The position numbers were made by a program, and so were the translations under genes. This document shows, piece by piece, positions 1 to 9,325 of a stretch of DNA of 64,000 bases. How positions within the stretch are numbered: the stretch's first letter is position 1; the number at the start of each line of letters is the position of its first letter. The stretch comes from Thermoplasmatales archaeon (GTDB taxonomy: Archaea; Thermoplasmatota; Thermoplasmata; Thermoplasmatales; GCA-001856825). The notes under the pieces were generated by a model, which was not told the origin of the DNA, did no database searches, and worked only from the letters and a program-made list of their open reading frames with translations. The stretch is taken from positions 64,375 to 128,374 of the forward strand of contig DAHWIJ010000015.1 in the NCBI GenBank assembly GCA_027345195.1, written 5' to 3'.

Positions 1-1
1 C

Positions 2-1381
2 AGGGATACTATGATTAAATCCGGCCCTCTCTTCATAAAACTCGGGCAGCTTCTCTCTTCCAGGAGGGATGTGGTTCCGGAGGAGTACATAGAAGTTCTG
101 ACCGACCTCCAGGACCAGGTTCCTATGCCGCCGTTCGAGCCCGTTAAAGAATTGCTTGAATCAGAAATCGGGAAATTATCTGAAAAATTCGAGTATTTTG
201 ATGAAACAGGATTGTCCGGTGCCAGCCTTGGACTCGTGTACAGGGCAAGATACAATGGGAAGGAAGTCGCAGTAAAGGTAAACCGCCCAAATATCAGGGA
301 AACAATAAGGAGAGACAAGGACAAGGTAATAGCATTTGTATCTCTTCTTGAACGGTTCACCGGCAAAACGTTTTCGCTTTCTGCGTTCACTGAACAGTTC
401 CTATCCAGTCTCGAGTCAGAACTTGACTATAAAAGGGAAGCAGAGTCGATCGAGATAATGCGGAGGAAGATAGAGGAGCTGGAACTGGAAATGGATGTGA
501 TTGTTCCCAAGGTGTATTCCGAAGTATCCACATCAAAGGTGCTGGTTATGGAATACGTAGATTTCATCAAAATAACGAATACCGAGGAACTGGAAAGAAA
601 CGGCGCAAATCTTTCAAAGATTGCTAGAGTGATAGACCAGCTTTTCCTGAGGCTCGCATTGCGCGAGGGGAGGTTTCATGCAGACCCCCATCCTGGAAAT
701 CTGGGATGGAGAAGGGACAACAAACTGGTCTTGCTGGATTATGGAATGACGTCCGAACTTCCGGAGGACCTCAGGGACAAACTCCTTATGGGCTACTATT
801 ACCTTTCCAATCTAGACGCAAGACATCTTCTGGGGGTACTTGTAGATATTGACCTCGTCGACCCGCTGGCAGACAGAGCGTTCATGGAACAGGTGCTTAA
901 CACGATTTTTAAGGACCTAAGAGGACAGGAGATCAGTAGTTTCGAATACGAGGAACTTGTTCAAAAAGCGAACTCGGTGCTTTTCAGGTTTCCATTCAGG
1001 CTTCCTTACAACCTAGCGCTTTTCGCGAGAATGTCCGTCATCCTCGAAGGAGTGTGCAAAACTCTCGACAAAAACTTCAATTTTATCCTAGTGGTTGCAG
1101 ATATAATGAAAGAGGAGAAGGCTGGGTACAAGATCTTAAAGAAAAGAATCCTGGAACTTCCCAACAGAATCCAGAAATTAGTCACCGACTACCTGAGCAT
1201 ACCGGAACTTATAAGGAACTTGAACAGACCCCAACCCAAGAAGAAAGAACCAAATTACCCTGCAGCAATAGTGGCCTCTGGTTTACTCGTGTCAGGTGCG
1301 ATAGTAATAAGTAGCACCATCTACGGCCTGCTGCTCTTCGCGGGCGGTGCAATACTTGCGGGGATTTCTTTCAAAGGTTAA
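2..1381 (+). CDS. ABC1/UbiB-family atypical kinase, 5' end cut by the window edge
   Basis: The frame is open back to position 2. It has FIKLGQLLSSRRDVVPEEY and HADPHPGN motifs typical of the ABC1/AarF domain, and hydrophobic C-terminal TM segments. Confidence 0.85.
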   Translation, partial: RDTMIKSGPLFIKLGQLLSSRRDVVPEEYIEVLTDLQDQVPMPPFEPVKELLESEIGKLSEKFEYFDETGLSGASLGLVYRARYNGKEVAVKVNRPNIRETIRRDKDKVIAFVSLLERFTGKTFSLSAFTEQFLSSLESELDYKREAESIEIMRRKIEELELEMDVIVPKVYSEVSTSKVLVMEYVDFIKITNTEELERNGANLSKIARVIDQLFLRLALREGRFHADPHPGNLGWRRDNKLVLLDYGMTSELPEDLRDKLLMGYYYLSNLDARHLLGVLVDIDLVDPLADRAFMEQVLNTIFKDLRGQEISSFEYEELVQKANSVLFRFPFRLPYNLALFARMSVILEGVCKTLDKNFNFILVVADIMKEEKAGYKILKKRILELPNRIQKLVTDYLSIPELIRNLNRPQPKKKEPNYPAAIVASGLLVSGAIVISSTIYGLLLFAGGAILAGISFKG

Positions 1382-1743
1382 CTGATAGGAACCGTTTTTA
1401 CTTCCTTCCTCTTGACAGATATCTCCAGGACCCCATCTGTCAGGGAAGCCTTTACTGAATCGGGTTCAAATTCACTGCTGATCCTGATGAACTTGGAGAA
1501 TTCCTCTACTCTTTCTTCGTATATTAGTTTCCCCTCTATTTTCTTCTCCCTTTCACCTGAAACTTTGAGTCCTCCTTTGGTGCTGAGGATCTTCACTTTT
1601 TCTTTCTTGAATCCGGGAAGGTCAAGGTAAATGTGTATCTCATCCCCATCCTCCGAAATATCGATAGGTGGGTAGAATACCTCTGAAATCGTCTTGATTC
1701 TCTGGCCGGCCTTCTTGACTACTCCTTCAATTCCTATCTGCAT
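1378..1743 (-). CDS. Small heat-shock protein, Hsp20/alpha-crystallin family
   Basis: 121 aa. It shows the alpha-crystallin domain pattern IHIYLDLPGFKKEKVKI ... SGERE ... SLTDGVLEISV. Confidence 0.85.
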   Translation of the reverse strand: MQIGIEGVVKKAGQRIKTISEVFYPPIDISEDGDEIHIYLDLPGFKKEKVKILSTKGGLKVSGEREKKIEGKLIYEERVEEFSKFIRISSEFEPDSVKASLTDGVLEISVKRKEVKTVPIS

Positions 1744-1797
1744 GATAATAAAGACCGGCTGGACATATAAGGATTTTGTTTCACGCTGGTTAAAGAC

Positions 1798-3123
1798 TCA
1801 TACGAGAAGTTTTGAGATTTCCCTCTCCCGCGTCTCTATCCACTCCGCGTTCCTTGAACTCAGGTAAATCCTGATCGCCGGCTCCGTTCCAGATTTCCTT
1901 ATGAGGATGAAACTGTCATTCTCCACCAGTCGCAATCCATCAATCTCGTCTGCCTTCATCCTGGGGTAGAGCTCCCTTAGGCGAGCCTTGATCAATTCGA
2001 AATCTGACCTGTTCTTCACTTTTATCCTCTTAAGCTTGTAATCAGGCAAAGATTTTACCAATTTTGAAAGGTCTTCCCCTCTTGTTGCAACTAGATCGAG
2101 GGCGAGAGCGACGGATAGCCCTCCGTCACCCGCGTTGAGATAGTGAGGTAGTATGACTTTACCGTTCTCCTCCCCACCCATGATTCCCTTTGCTTCCTTC
2201 AGTACCTCTGAAACTACGGGTGAGCCCACCGGCGTCCGGATTACTTTTACCCCGTGTTTTTCTGCTATCCTGTCTATAAGGAAGCTCGAGGCTACAGGGA
2301 ATACCAGGTCACCCTTCCTTTTTTCAAGAATATGGTCCGCAATCAGCGCAACAAACTTGTCGCCATCCACCAGTTCGCCCCTCTCGTCGAGAAACACGGC
2401 ACGATCCCCGTCCCCGTCATGTGCCACAGACATGTTAAAACCTCCCGCCCCTGCAAATGAGATGAGATATCCAATGTTCTCCTCAGTGGGCTCTGGCTCC
2501 CTTCCCGGGAAAAAACCGTCTGAATTTGCATTGACGCTAACGTATTCAGTCCCCAGCATATGAAGCAGCTTAGGGGTTGTGACATGGGTTGTGGAGTTGG
2601 CGCAATCAACAAGAATCCTAAAGCGTCTTTTCGAAATCCCCTCTCTATCTACATTCTTGATTATCTCTGCGAGATAAGGCTCGACAGCCTCCTTAGAAAC
2701 GGAAACCCCTACTGCATTCCACTTTGATTTCCTGAAATCTCCGCGTAATAACAGACCTTCTATCTTGGATTCCTCTTCCTTTCCAGGATTTGTCCCGTCC
2801 CTGTCTATCACTTTGAAACCGTTGAAATCCGGAGGATTGTGAGATGCTGTTATCATCACACCTGGGATTCCGTTGATCTTACAGTATATCTGTGCTGCAG
2901 GAGTTGGTATCATGCCGAGGTCATCTACTTGCTTTCCAGTATTGAGGAGACCTGCCTCGACCACATTTTTAAGTATGGGAGAGGTTGTTCTGTTGTCGTA
3001 TGCTAGGGCGACTTCTCGGTCATCGTAATAGGTCCCAACGGCCATACCCAGCTTATAACCGAGCTCGGGGGTTATACTCTCATTCAAAACTCCCCTAATA
3101 CCGTTCGTCCCGAATAGAGGCAT
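1798..3123 (-). CDS. Phosphohexomutase (phosphoglucosamine mutase or phosphomannomutase family)
   Basis: N-terminal FGTNGIRG, active-site TASHNPPDFNGFK and Mg-binding AHDGDGDRAVF. Confidence 0.9.
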   Translation of the reverse strand: MPLFGTNGIRGVLNESITPELGYKLGMAVGTYYDDREVALAYDNRTTSPILKNVVEAGLLNTGKQVDDLGMIPTPAAQIYCKINGIPGVMITASHNPPDFNGFKVIDRDGTNPGKEEESKIEGLLLRGDFRKSKWNAVGVSVSKEAVEPYLAEIIKNVDREGISKRRFRILVDCANSTTHVTTPKLLHMLGTEYVSVNANSDGFFPGREPEPTEENIGYLISFAGAGGFNMSVAHDGDGDRAVFLDERGELVDGDKFVALIADHILEKRKGDLVFPVASSFLIDRIAEKHGVKVIRTPVGSPVVSEVLKEAKGIMGGEENGKVILPHYLNAGDGGLSVALALDLVATRGEDLSKLVKSLPDYKLKRIKVKNRSDFELIKARLRELYPRMKADEIDGLRLVENDSFILIRKSGTEPAIRIYLSSRNAEWIETREREISKLLV

Positions 3124-3187
3124 CGTACGTCATTGGAAGGTGAATACTAATATTTTACTTAGACGTACGTTTCTTGAATTCTGGGCA

Positions 3188-4252
3188 CTAAACCCTGATC
3201 GGTTCAATTTTAGACCCACTTGACGTGTTGATCTCATCGATCCTGATGGTCCTGTTGGTTAGGTTGTAGTAATCTCTTATCACATTATCTGTAATCCTTC
3301 TCTGTTGCTCAGAATCAGCGAACACTAAAACAGAACCAGAATACTCACTTACATTGAAGATGTAATTGGAAACCTTGTACTTTTCGATAAATTTGGCTAT
3401 TGTCTTCTGGGAATCGGAAAGGACACCAAGATTATAACCTAAAGATTTGGAATACTCGGAAGCAGCTGAAATGAAGGATGCAATATCGTTCTTTCTAAAC
3501 GATTCCATTGCCAGTTCAAACATTTTCTCTTCTAAATCAATATGGTTCCTTATGCCGACGAACGGGAATGAAAGGGAAGATGTGCTCCTGTTCCTCATGT
3601 TAGCATCCTTGAATTTCCGGAAGTTCCTCTGGAAATTGAGAAAGTTGTGGTTTGTCTCCAGAGAATTTTCCGATATCAGTATCAGCGAGTATGGCTCGAA
3701 GCTGATAGGCTCGTTGCTGTAATTGTGGGAGATTTTATCATAAATCAGGATGTTCCCTTCTTTCCCTATCCTTCTAGTTGCAGTTTCGTGAGAATAGTTC
3801 TCCCCCTTGATCTTGTCCTGTATCTCAGAGCTAATTTGTACTAACTCAGAGGTGCTGAGATTGATTCCATTGACCTGGGCAAATGACTCTACGACAAGGT
3901 CCACGAATGCAGAATAGTAGCCTAGCGACAGGTTGTACCTGAGCTGTTCGTCTGCAAGTATGTAGGGCGAGAATGTCCACCCCCTCTGCAAGGCTATGTT
4001 CATCATCATAACTAGGGGGTCGTACCAAGCGTTGGTCAATCTGGAAGCTTTTGGCGGGAGGTCAATGAAGTTAGTGCCCTTCCACCTGACAGTCTCATTC
4101 TTCCGGACAAGGGAATGAATAGAGAGGGAAAGAGGAAATGATATAACCTTCCTTAAAGTTGAAACAGATGGAAGCCCGAATATTGTACAAATACCCGCCT
4201 CCGAGATTCTGAAGCCTCCAGAAAAGGAATTAACAACTTCTTCGTCAAACAT
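3188..4252 (-). CDS. Hypothetical protein (ORFan, no motif recognised)
   Basis: An uninterrupted 354-aa ORF with only short overlapping alternatives. It is rich in N, S and I, has almost no Cys or His, and no signal or TM segment is evident. Confidence 0.55.
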   Translation of the reverse strand: MFDEEVVNSFSGGFRISEAGICTIFGLPSVSTLRKVISFPLSLSIHSLVRKNETVRWKGTNFIDLPPKASRLTNAWYDPLVMMMNIALQRGWTFSPYILADEQLRYNLSLGYYSAFVDLVVESFAQVNGINLSTSELVQISSEIQDKIKGENYSHETATRRIGKEGNILIYDKISHNYSNEPISFEPYSLILISENSLETNHNFLNFQRNFRKFKDANMRNRSTSSLSFPFVGIRNHIDLEEKMFELAMESFRKNDIASFISAASEYSKSLGYNLGVLSDSQKTIAKFIEKYKVSNYIFNVSEYSGSVLVFADSEQQRRITDNVIRDYYNLTNRTIRIDEINTSSGSKIEPIRV

Positions 4253-4286
4253 TATTTGACAAATATTTTAAACATAAAAGTTTTCT

Positions 4287-4718
4287 TTGTCCATGATTGT
4301 TTCTGACGGCACTATACTGGATCTCATCCAGTCGGGCACACTGTCAATTGAGCCATTCAATCAGGAAAAACTCACTCCAAACGGATATGACTTCAGTATA
4401 TCGGAGGGGGTATTCCTCAAACCAGGCGAGGGTGCCCAGGTGGAGACAGTGGAAGCTGTTTCCATACCCGGTTTCATAGGTGCGATGATGTTCCTCAGGT
4501 CTTCCTATGCCAGAAGAGGAGTGGTAGCGAGCTTTGGTTTTGTTGATGCAGGATTCAGAGGAAAGATCAGGTTCTATATCAAGAATCTGGGAAACGAAAC
4601 AGTTGAGATAGTTAAGGAAAAAGGGGTATTTCAGATGATTTTCCTCAACATGGATAGGGAAGCTCTGAAAACTTATGAAATGAGGTCCGGTCACTATCAA
4701 AATCAGGGATTGAAGTGA
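4287..4718 (+). CDS. Compact dCTP deaminase/dUTPase-fold protein
   Basis: 143 aa. N-terminal ILDLIQSGTLSIEPF ... LTPNGYDFSI and core RSSYARRGV ... VDAGFRGKI ... QMIF match the Dcd/Dut trimeric fold family. Confidence 0.7.
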   Translation: MSMIVSDGTILDLIQSGTLSIEPFNQEKLTPNGYDFSISEGVFLKPGEGAQVETVEAVSIPGFIGAMMFLRSSYARRGVVASFGFVDAGFRGKIRFYIKNLGNETVEIVKEKGVFQMIFLNMDREALKTYEMRSGHYQNQGLK

Positions 4719-4805
4719 AAGTGTTCCTTCACACGCTCTGAGTAAAACCATGGTTGTCTCCTTATCTGCGTTCCTCTACCGTTTCCTAAGTAAGGTGTTA
4801 CGGGT

Positions 4806-5582
4806 TTGGGTTTACTAAAGCTCATTAAGTACCCGGGATCAAAGAACGCGCTAATACCCCACATTAACAACATATACAGGAAATCAGGATGTGACATTTT
4901 TGTCGATGTTTTTGGAGGATCGGGGACCGTGTTACTGAATACTCCCACGCACCAATCAGTATTCAATGACCTGAACGAGGAAATCACTAACCTTTTCAAA
5001 TCCATCAAGACCAATCCGGAAGAATTCTATGACCTTATACAGAAATTTACTAGCACAAGAAGAGCGTTCCGAGAATACGGTAGAAGTTCCCGTTCAATTT
5101 ACTCCCCAAAACTTACTGGTTGGGAGTCTGCCTTCCTCACATTCTACAGGTTTAACACTGGATTTGGGGGGATGGGGAGCACTTATCAAACAACAAAGGA
5201 GAAAGCCAGCTATTCCTTCGTAAAGAAGGTCGAGGCCAATTTTAAACTAATTTCAGGTAAAGTTTCTGGTTGGACTATTGAGAATTTGGATTTCCGACTG
5301 CTGTTCAGGAAATATGACAGGGAGGACGTTTTCTTTTATTTTGATCCACCGTATCAAGGAAAAAAATGGTATGAATTTGGTTTTGAACTTCGTGACGTTA
5401 TGGATTTGAAGCAAATATTCTCGGAAATGAAGGGGAAGTATGTTCTCAACGTTGATTACTCCGATCTAACCTACAGGGAATTGCTCGGTGACCCAGACTT
5501 CATTGTAAGTAACTTGAATCAAAATAGGCTGAAGGCCTCAACCCCACAGTTTCGTAATTACTCATTCTATTCCAACATTTAG
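4806..5582 (+). CDS. Dam-type (D12 class) N6-adenine DNA methyltransferase
   Basis: YPGSK near the N-terminus, the SAM motif VDVFGGSGTV and the catalytic FYFDPPYQG. It uses a TTG start. Confidence 0.85.
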   Translation: MGLLKLIKYPGSKNALIPHINNIYRKSGCDIFVDVFGGSGTVLLNTPTHQSVFNDLNEEITNLFKSIKTNPEEFYDLIQKFTSTRRAFREYGRSSRSIYSPKLTGWESAFLTFYRFNTGFGGMGSTYQTTKEKASYSFVKKVEANFKLISGKVSGWTIENLDFRLLFRKYDREDVFFYFDPPYQGKKWYEFGFELRDVMDLKQIFSEMKGKYVLNVDYSDLTYRELLGDPDFIVSNLNQNRLKASTPQFRNYSFYSNI

Positions 5583-6031
5583 AGCTTTTCTATTATGTTA
5601 CAGCACATCAGAAAGGATATGCTACATTTTTCGTTTAAAGGTAGGAGCAATGGGTAATTTTGAAGTCATCTTAATGTCCAGGGGCATCAAACATATATTT
5701 CGGTGTGAAAGGGCACCTCGGTTCTTTTTGCCCGTCTGGTACAATCTTTAAGATATCTCCTCCTTGATTCCATCCCATTATGTTTTGCTGTAGGGCTTCA
5801 GGGTCGCGTTATCATGACCTCCCAAAGACATGTGAACGCATATCTTTGCCTCACTCGCGAAATTCTCTGCAGGTTCGTATTCTCGATGAATTTTATCTTG
5901 CTCAAATCTTCTGTCTGCAATCTTCTTTCACTGATTATTTTGACTTCCATTTTGGAGGGATTCTGGTGTGGCTTAATTCAATTGTCTTTTGCCGCTTAAA
6001 ATCTATCATGCATTAAACCCATTCTGCATAT

Positions 6032-6104
6032 GCAGGTGCCGGGATTTGAACCCGGGCTAAAGGCTTGGAAGGCCTTTGTGCTACCAGGCTACACAACACC
6101 TGCT
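6032..6104 (-). tRNA. tRNA-Gly (anticodon UCC)
   Basis: Hand-folded cloverleaf. Acceptor GCAGGTG/CACCTGC, anticodon arm AAGGC-CTTCCAA-GCCTT, a 4-nt variable loop, T arm CCGGG-TTCAAAT-CCCGG and discriminator A. CCA is not encoded. Confidence 0.9.
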
Positions 6105-6289
6105 CTCGCATTTCCTGAATGGTAGCAATTTAATTAAGTCTTCGCAATTTGTAATTCCCAAGTGAACAAATACGTCATGCAATGAAAATGAGAATTCTCT
6201 CGGCAGGGTCTTACCATTTCCAAAGTCTCCTATTTCCTCCCTTTCCAATATCCGGAAACTAGTTATAATTTCCAGAAATTATCAGATAA

Positions 6290-6808
6290 ATGAGGAAAAA
6301 CCTGGTGATGGTGGGGCTGGTAATCTTAGTGGTTGGAATCATCATTGCTGCCGTTTCAGCAGTGGAACTGAACCAATTGGAATCTACCTCCATTAAGGGA
6401 GCAAGCAACGCCATGTTCGTAGGCCAAAATGGTGAATACCATTCTGAACTTCTTAACGTGTCCTCGGAGCAGGTGGTTTTCTTAGTTTCAAACGTTCACG
6501 CCTACCTAATCCCATCTGCTGACCTGAATACAGTAAATTCTGGCAACATCGGCAACTACGCTGTCACTCCAACTGTCCAGCAGGGAAACATTTCGACATT
6601 TTCTGGTATATCTGGAGAGTTCTACGTTGTTACATTCGCGAATAGCATGCCATCTGTATCATATGCAGTAATAGCCGGAGGAATCGCGCGACTGGCGGTT
6701 ACCGGTCTCCTTCTCATTATAGGTGTACTGCTCATAATTATAGGAGCGATTATAGCGGTGATTGGAGCGGTCTTGAAACCGAAGAACATACCTAAATACC
6801 AGTTCTAA
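6290..6808 (+). CDS. Hypothetical membrane protein
   Basis: 172 aa with an N-terminal TM helix (LVMVGLVILVVGIIIAAV) and a C-terminal TM pair. No catalytic motif recognised. Confidence 0.55.
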   Translation: MRKNLVMVGLVILVVGIIIAAVSAVELNQLESTSIKGASNAMFVGQNGEYHSELLNVSSEQVVFLVSNVHAYLIPSADLNTVNSGNIGNYAVTPTVQQGNISTFSGISGEFYVVTFANSMPSVSYAVIAGGIARLAVTGLLLIIGVLLIIIGAIIAVIGAVLKPKNIPKYQF

Positions 6809-6879
6809 GAACCACATTCCCCTTGAAATATAATGCGTAGGATCTATCCTGAGGTAATGGACCACGGAACCTTTATATT

Positions 6880-9003
6880 TTGTTGATGATTGGTAGAGTG
6901 ATGAGGGAATACTTCAGGGACGACGAGATACGGTCCTTCTGGAATAAGCTTCTGGAATTGAAAACAGAAGACATCTCAAGGATCAATTCCATTGATTCGA
7001 AGGACAAAACGTTGCATATCAGCTATGAGGAAATGGATCGCATAGACATGAACTTCGCCCTCCTTTTCTTAAAGTATCCCGAGGAATATCTTTCATTTTT
7101 GAAGGAGGTACTATACGGGCGAGGAGAGGGGGACCAGAGGCAGGAAGGCCTCCTATCCGAAGATTTCAAGTCCAGGAAAGACTCGAGGGTGAGAATTTCC
7201 ATATCATCCAAGCTCCCCGATATCAAGAGAAACATCAGGGAACTGAGAAGCGAGGACCTGAATACTTTCCTGCAGGTTGAAGGGGTAGTGAAGAGGGTTT
7301 CAGAAGTCGTCCCAACGATTATTAATGCAGCATTCCAGTGCGGCTACTGCAAGGAGGTCAATCTATATCCGCAGAACGGTAATAGGATACTAGAACCGTT
7401 CAGGTGCGAGCACTGTGGAAAACCGAAGGAAGAAGTGAAGTTCAAGTTTATCCCGGAGAGATCGACGTATTACGATACCCAGATCATTACCATAGAGGAG
7501 AAGCCAGAGTTCCTGAGGGGAGCGGCACAGCCAGCCAGACTGGTTGTCCACCTGGAGGACGAACTGTGTGGAAAAAATAATCCTGGTGACAGGGTGTCAA
7601 TAAATGGAATACTCAAGGGAAAGCAGAAATCACAAGGTACCCAGAGCCTCTCCAGGCAGTTCGACATATACCTCCAGGCTATGTACGTTGAAAGGGAATC
7701 GTCGGAATATGAAGAAGTGATGCTAGAGGAACAGGACATTAAGTCCATAAAGAAGGCTGCGAAGGACCCGGAAATTTACTCCAAGCTTGTTGGCAGCATC
7801 GCACCAGCTGTATTCGGTAACGAGATAGTAAAAGAAGCAATAATTCTCCAGCTCTTTGGAGGGGAAAGGAAAGCTTTCGAGGATGGGTCATATATAAGGG
7901 GGGACATTCACATCCTCCTGTTCGGAGACCCAGGAGTGGCCAAGAGCCAATTGCTTACATATGCTGCAAACATCGCACCCAAGTCCGTATACACATCAGG
8001 GAAGGGAAGTTCTGCAGCTGGCCTGACTGCGGCAGCAGTCAAAGATGATCTATCAGAGGGAAGGTGGACACTTGAGGCTGGGACGCTGGTTTTAGCAGAT
8101 GGCGGTCTTGCAGCGGTTGACGAACTCGACAAGATGGATAAGGAGGACAGCGGGGCCATGCATCAAGCAATGGAGCAGCAGACAGTCTCTATCTCAAAGG
8201 CGGGCATAAATGCGACGCTGATGTCTAGATGTGCCGTGCTGGGGGCAGCAAACCCAAAATTCGGGAGGTATGACGAAAACGAGCCATTCCCGACACAGAC
8301 TGAGTTTCCAGCCACTCTCCTCTCAAGATTTGACCTGATATTTGTTATAGTAGATAGGCCGGGGAAGGTGGACAATGACATGGCAGACTACATTCTTAAG
8401 GTGCACAAGGCAGGAGAAAGCATAGCCAGCGGAAGGGGTGCTGAAAAGACTCAGATATACCCGGTATTTGAGAGGGATTTCCTGAAGAAATACATAGTAT
8501 ATGCAAGGAAGACCTGCTTCCCGATGCTTTCTCCGAGGGCCAGCGAGATGATAAAGAAATTCTATGTCGACAAGAGGGCTTCAACAGCCAAGCAGGGAAC
8601 AGTCTCCATCACCCCGCGTCAACTGGAGGCCCTTGTGAGGCTGTCGGAAGCTTCGGCAAGGGTAAGACTCTCTGACAGAGTGGACGAACAGGACGTAGAG
8701 AGAGCGGAGAGACTGATGGAATCATTCCTGAATCAGACAACCGTAGTAAATGGAATACCAGATGTTGACATAATTCTCACCGGGTATGCCCAAAGGGACA
8801 GAAAGGCAGCATTTTCCCTCACGGATATCATAAGAAGACTCATGGACGGAAGTCCGAACAGGTGGGCATCCAAGAGCGACATAATCGAAGAGGCAAAGAA
8901 GGCAGGGGTCGACCAGAGTCAGGTGGAAAGGACGCTTGAGATGATGAGCAAGAACGGTACTGTTATCAAAGGAAACAACGACCAATCATACCGCCTCACT
9001 TGA
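6880..9003 (+). CDS. mcm: MCM replicative helicase
   Basis: Zn motif CGYCKEV...CEHCG, Walker A GDPGVAKS, Walker B VDELDKM and the arginine finger SRFDL. At 707 aa there is no room for an intein. The exact start is ambiguous (6880, 6886 or 6901). Confidence 0.97.
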   Translation: MLMIGRVMREYFRDDEIRSFWNKLLELKTEDISRINSIDSKDKTLHISYEEMDRIDMNFALLFLKYPEEYLSFLKEVLYGRGEGDQRQEGLLSEDFKSRKDSRVRISISSKLPDIKRNIRELRSEDLNTFLQVEGVVKRVSEVVPTIINAAFQCGYCKEVNLYPQNGNRILEPFRCEHCGKPKEEVKFKFIPERSTYYDTQIITIEEKPEFLRGAAQPARLVVHLEDELCGKNNPGDRVSINGILKGKQKSQGTQSLSRQFDIYLQAMYVERESSEYEEVMLEEQDIKSIKKAAKDPEIYSKLVGSIAPAVFGNEIVKEAIILQLFGGERKAFEDGSYIRGDIHILLFGDPGVAKSQLLTYAANIAPKSVYTSGKGSSAAGLTAAAVKDDLSEGRWTLEAGTLVLADGGLAAVDELDKMDKEDSGAMHQAMEQQTVSISKAGINATLMSRCAVLGAANPKFGRYDENEPFPTQTEFPATLLSRFDLIFVIVDRPGKVDNDMADYILKVHKAGESIASGRGAEKTQIYPVFERDFLKKYIVYARKTCFPMLSPRASEMIKKFYVDKRASTAKQGTVSITPRQLEALVRLSEASARVRLSDRVDEQDVERAERLMESFLNQTTVVNGIPDVDIILTGYAQRDRKAAFSLTDIIRRLMDGSPNRWASKSDIIEEAKKAGVDQSQVERTLEMMSKNGTVIKGNNDQSYRLT

Positions 9004-9022
9004 GAACTGGAAAAGAAGGAAG

Positions 9023-9325
9023 ATGACCTTGATATGGACACGACTTTATAGAACTCCAACAGACACCCTGCTTGCTGCGGCTGATGAGGATCTCCTAGGC
9101 AAGGAACTCAGGGAGGGGAAGTTCAGGCTGAAGGTATCCGAGAACTTTTACAAAGACATCCTGGTTGAAGAACAAGCGCTCGAGGGTCTCCTTTCCCTCT
9201 GCACGATAGCCAACCTAGTAGGAGAGAGGTCCGTAGGAATCGCAATGGACTCAGGGTACATTTCTAGGGAGAACGTGATATACATCCAAGGGATACCTCA
9301 TGCACAATTCACGACAATGGAATGA
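9023..9325 (+). CDS. Conserved archaeal DUF424-like protein
   Basis: 100 aa. The pattern LLAAADEDLLGKEL.EG ... V.E (recalled from memory) matches DUF424. Confidence 0.65.
   Translation: MTLIWTRLYRTPTDTLLAAADEDLLGKELREGKFRLKVSENFYKDILVEEQALEGLLSLCTIANLVGERSVGIAMDSGYISRENVIYIQGIPHAQFTTME

Noticed and set aside
4287-4718. The Dcd-fold protein as a stand-alone anti-phage dCTP-deaminase defence gene.
   Set aside because: As I recall, the described defensive dCTP deaminases are much larger multi-domain proteins. This 143-aa protein resembles compact archaeal Dcd/Dut housekeeping enzymes. I kept it only as context within the tRNA-Gly islet finding.
5583-6031. The non-coding stretch next to tRNA-Gly, considered as a structured RNA gene (SRP RNA or RNase P RNA).
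   Set aside because: It has none of the conserved cores I know, such as GAGGAAAGTCC for RNase P or the GGAA/AGCA helix-8 motifs for SRP. It is AT-rich with no extended helices visible by eye.
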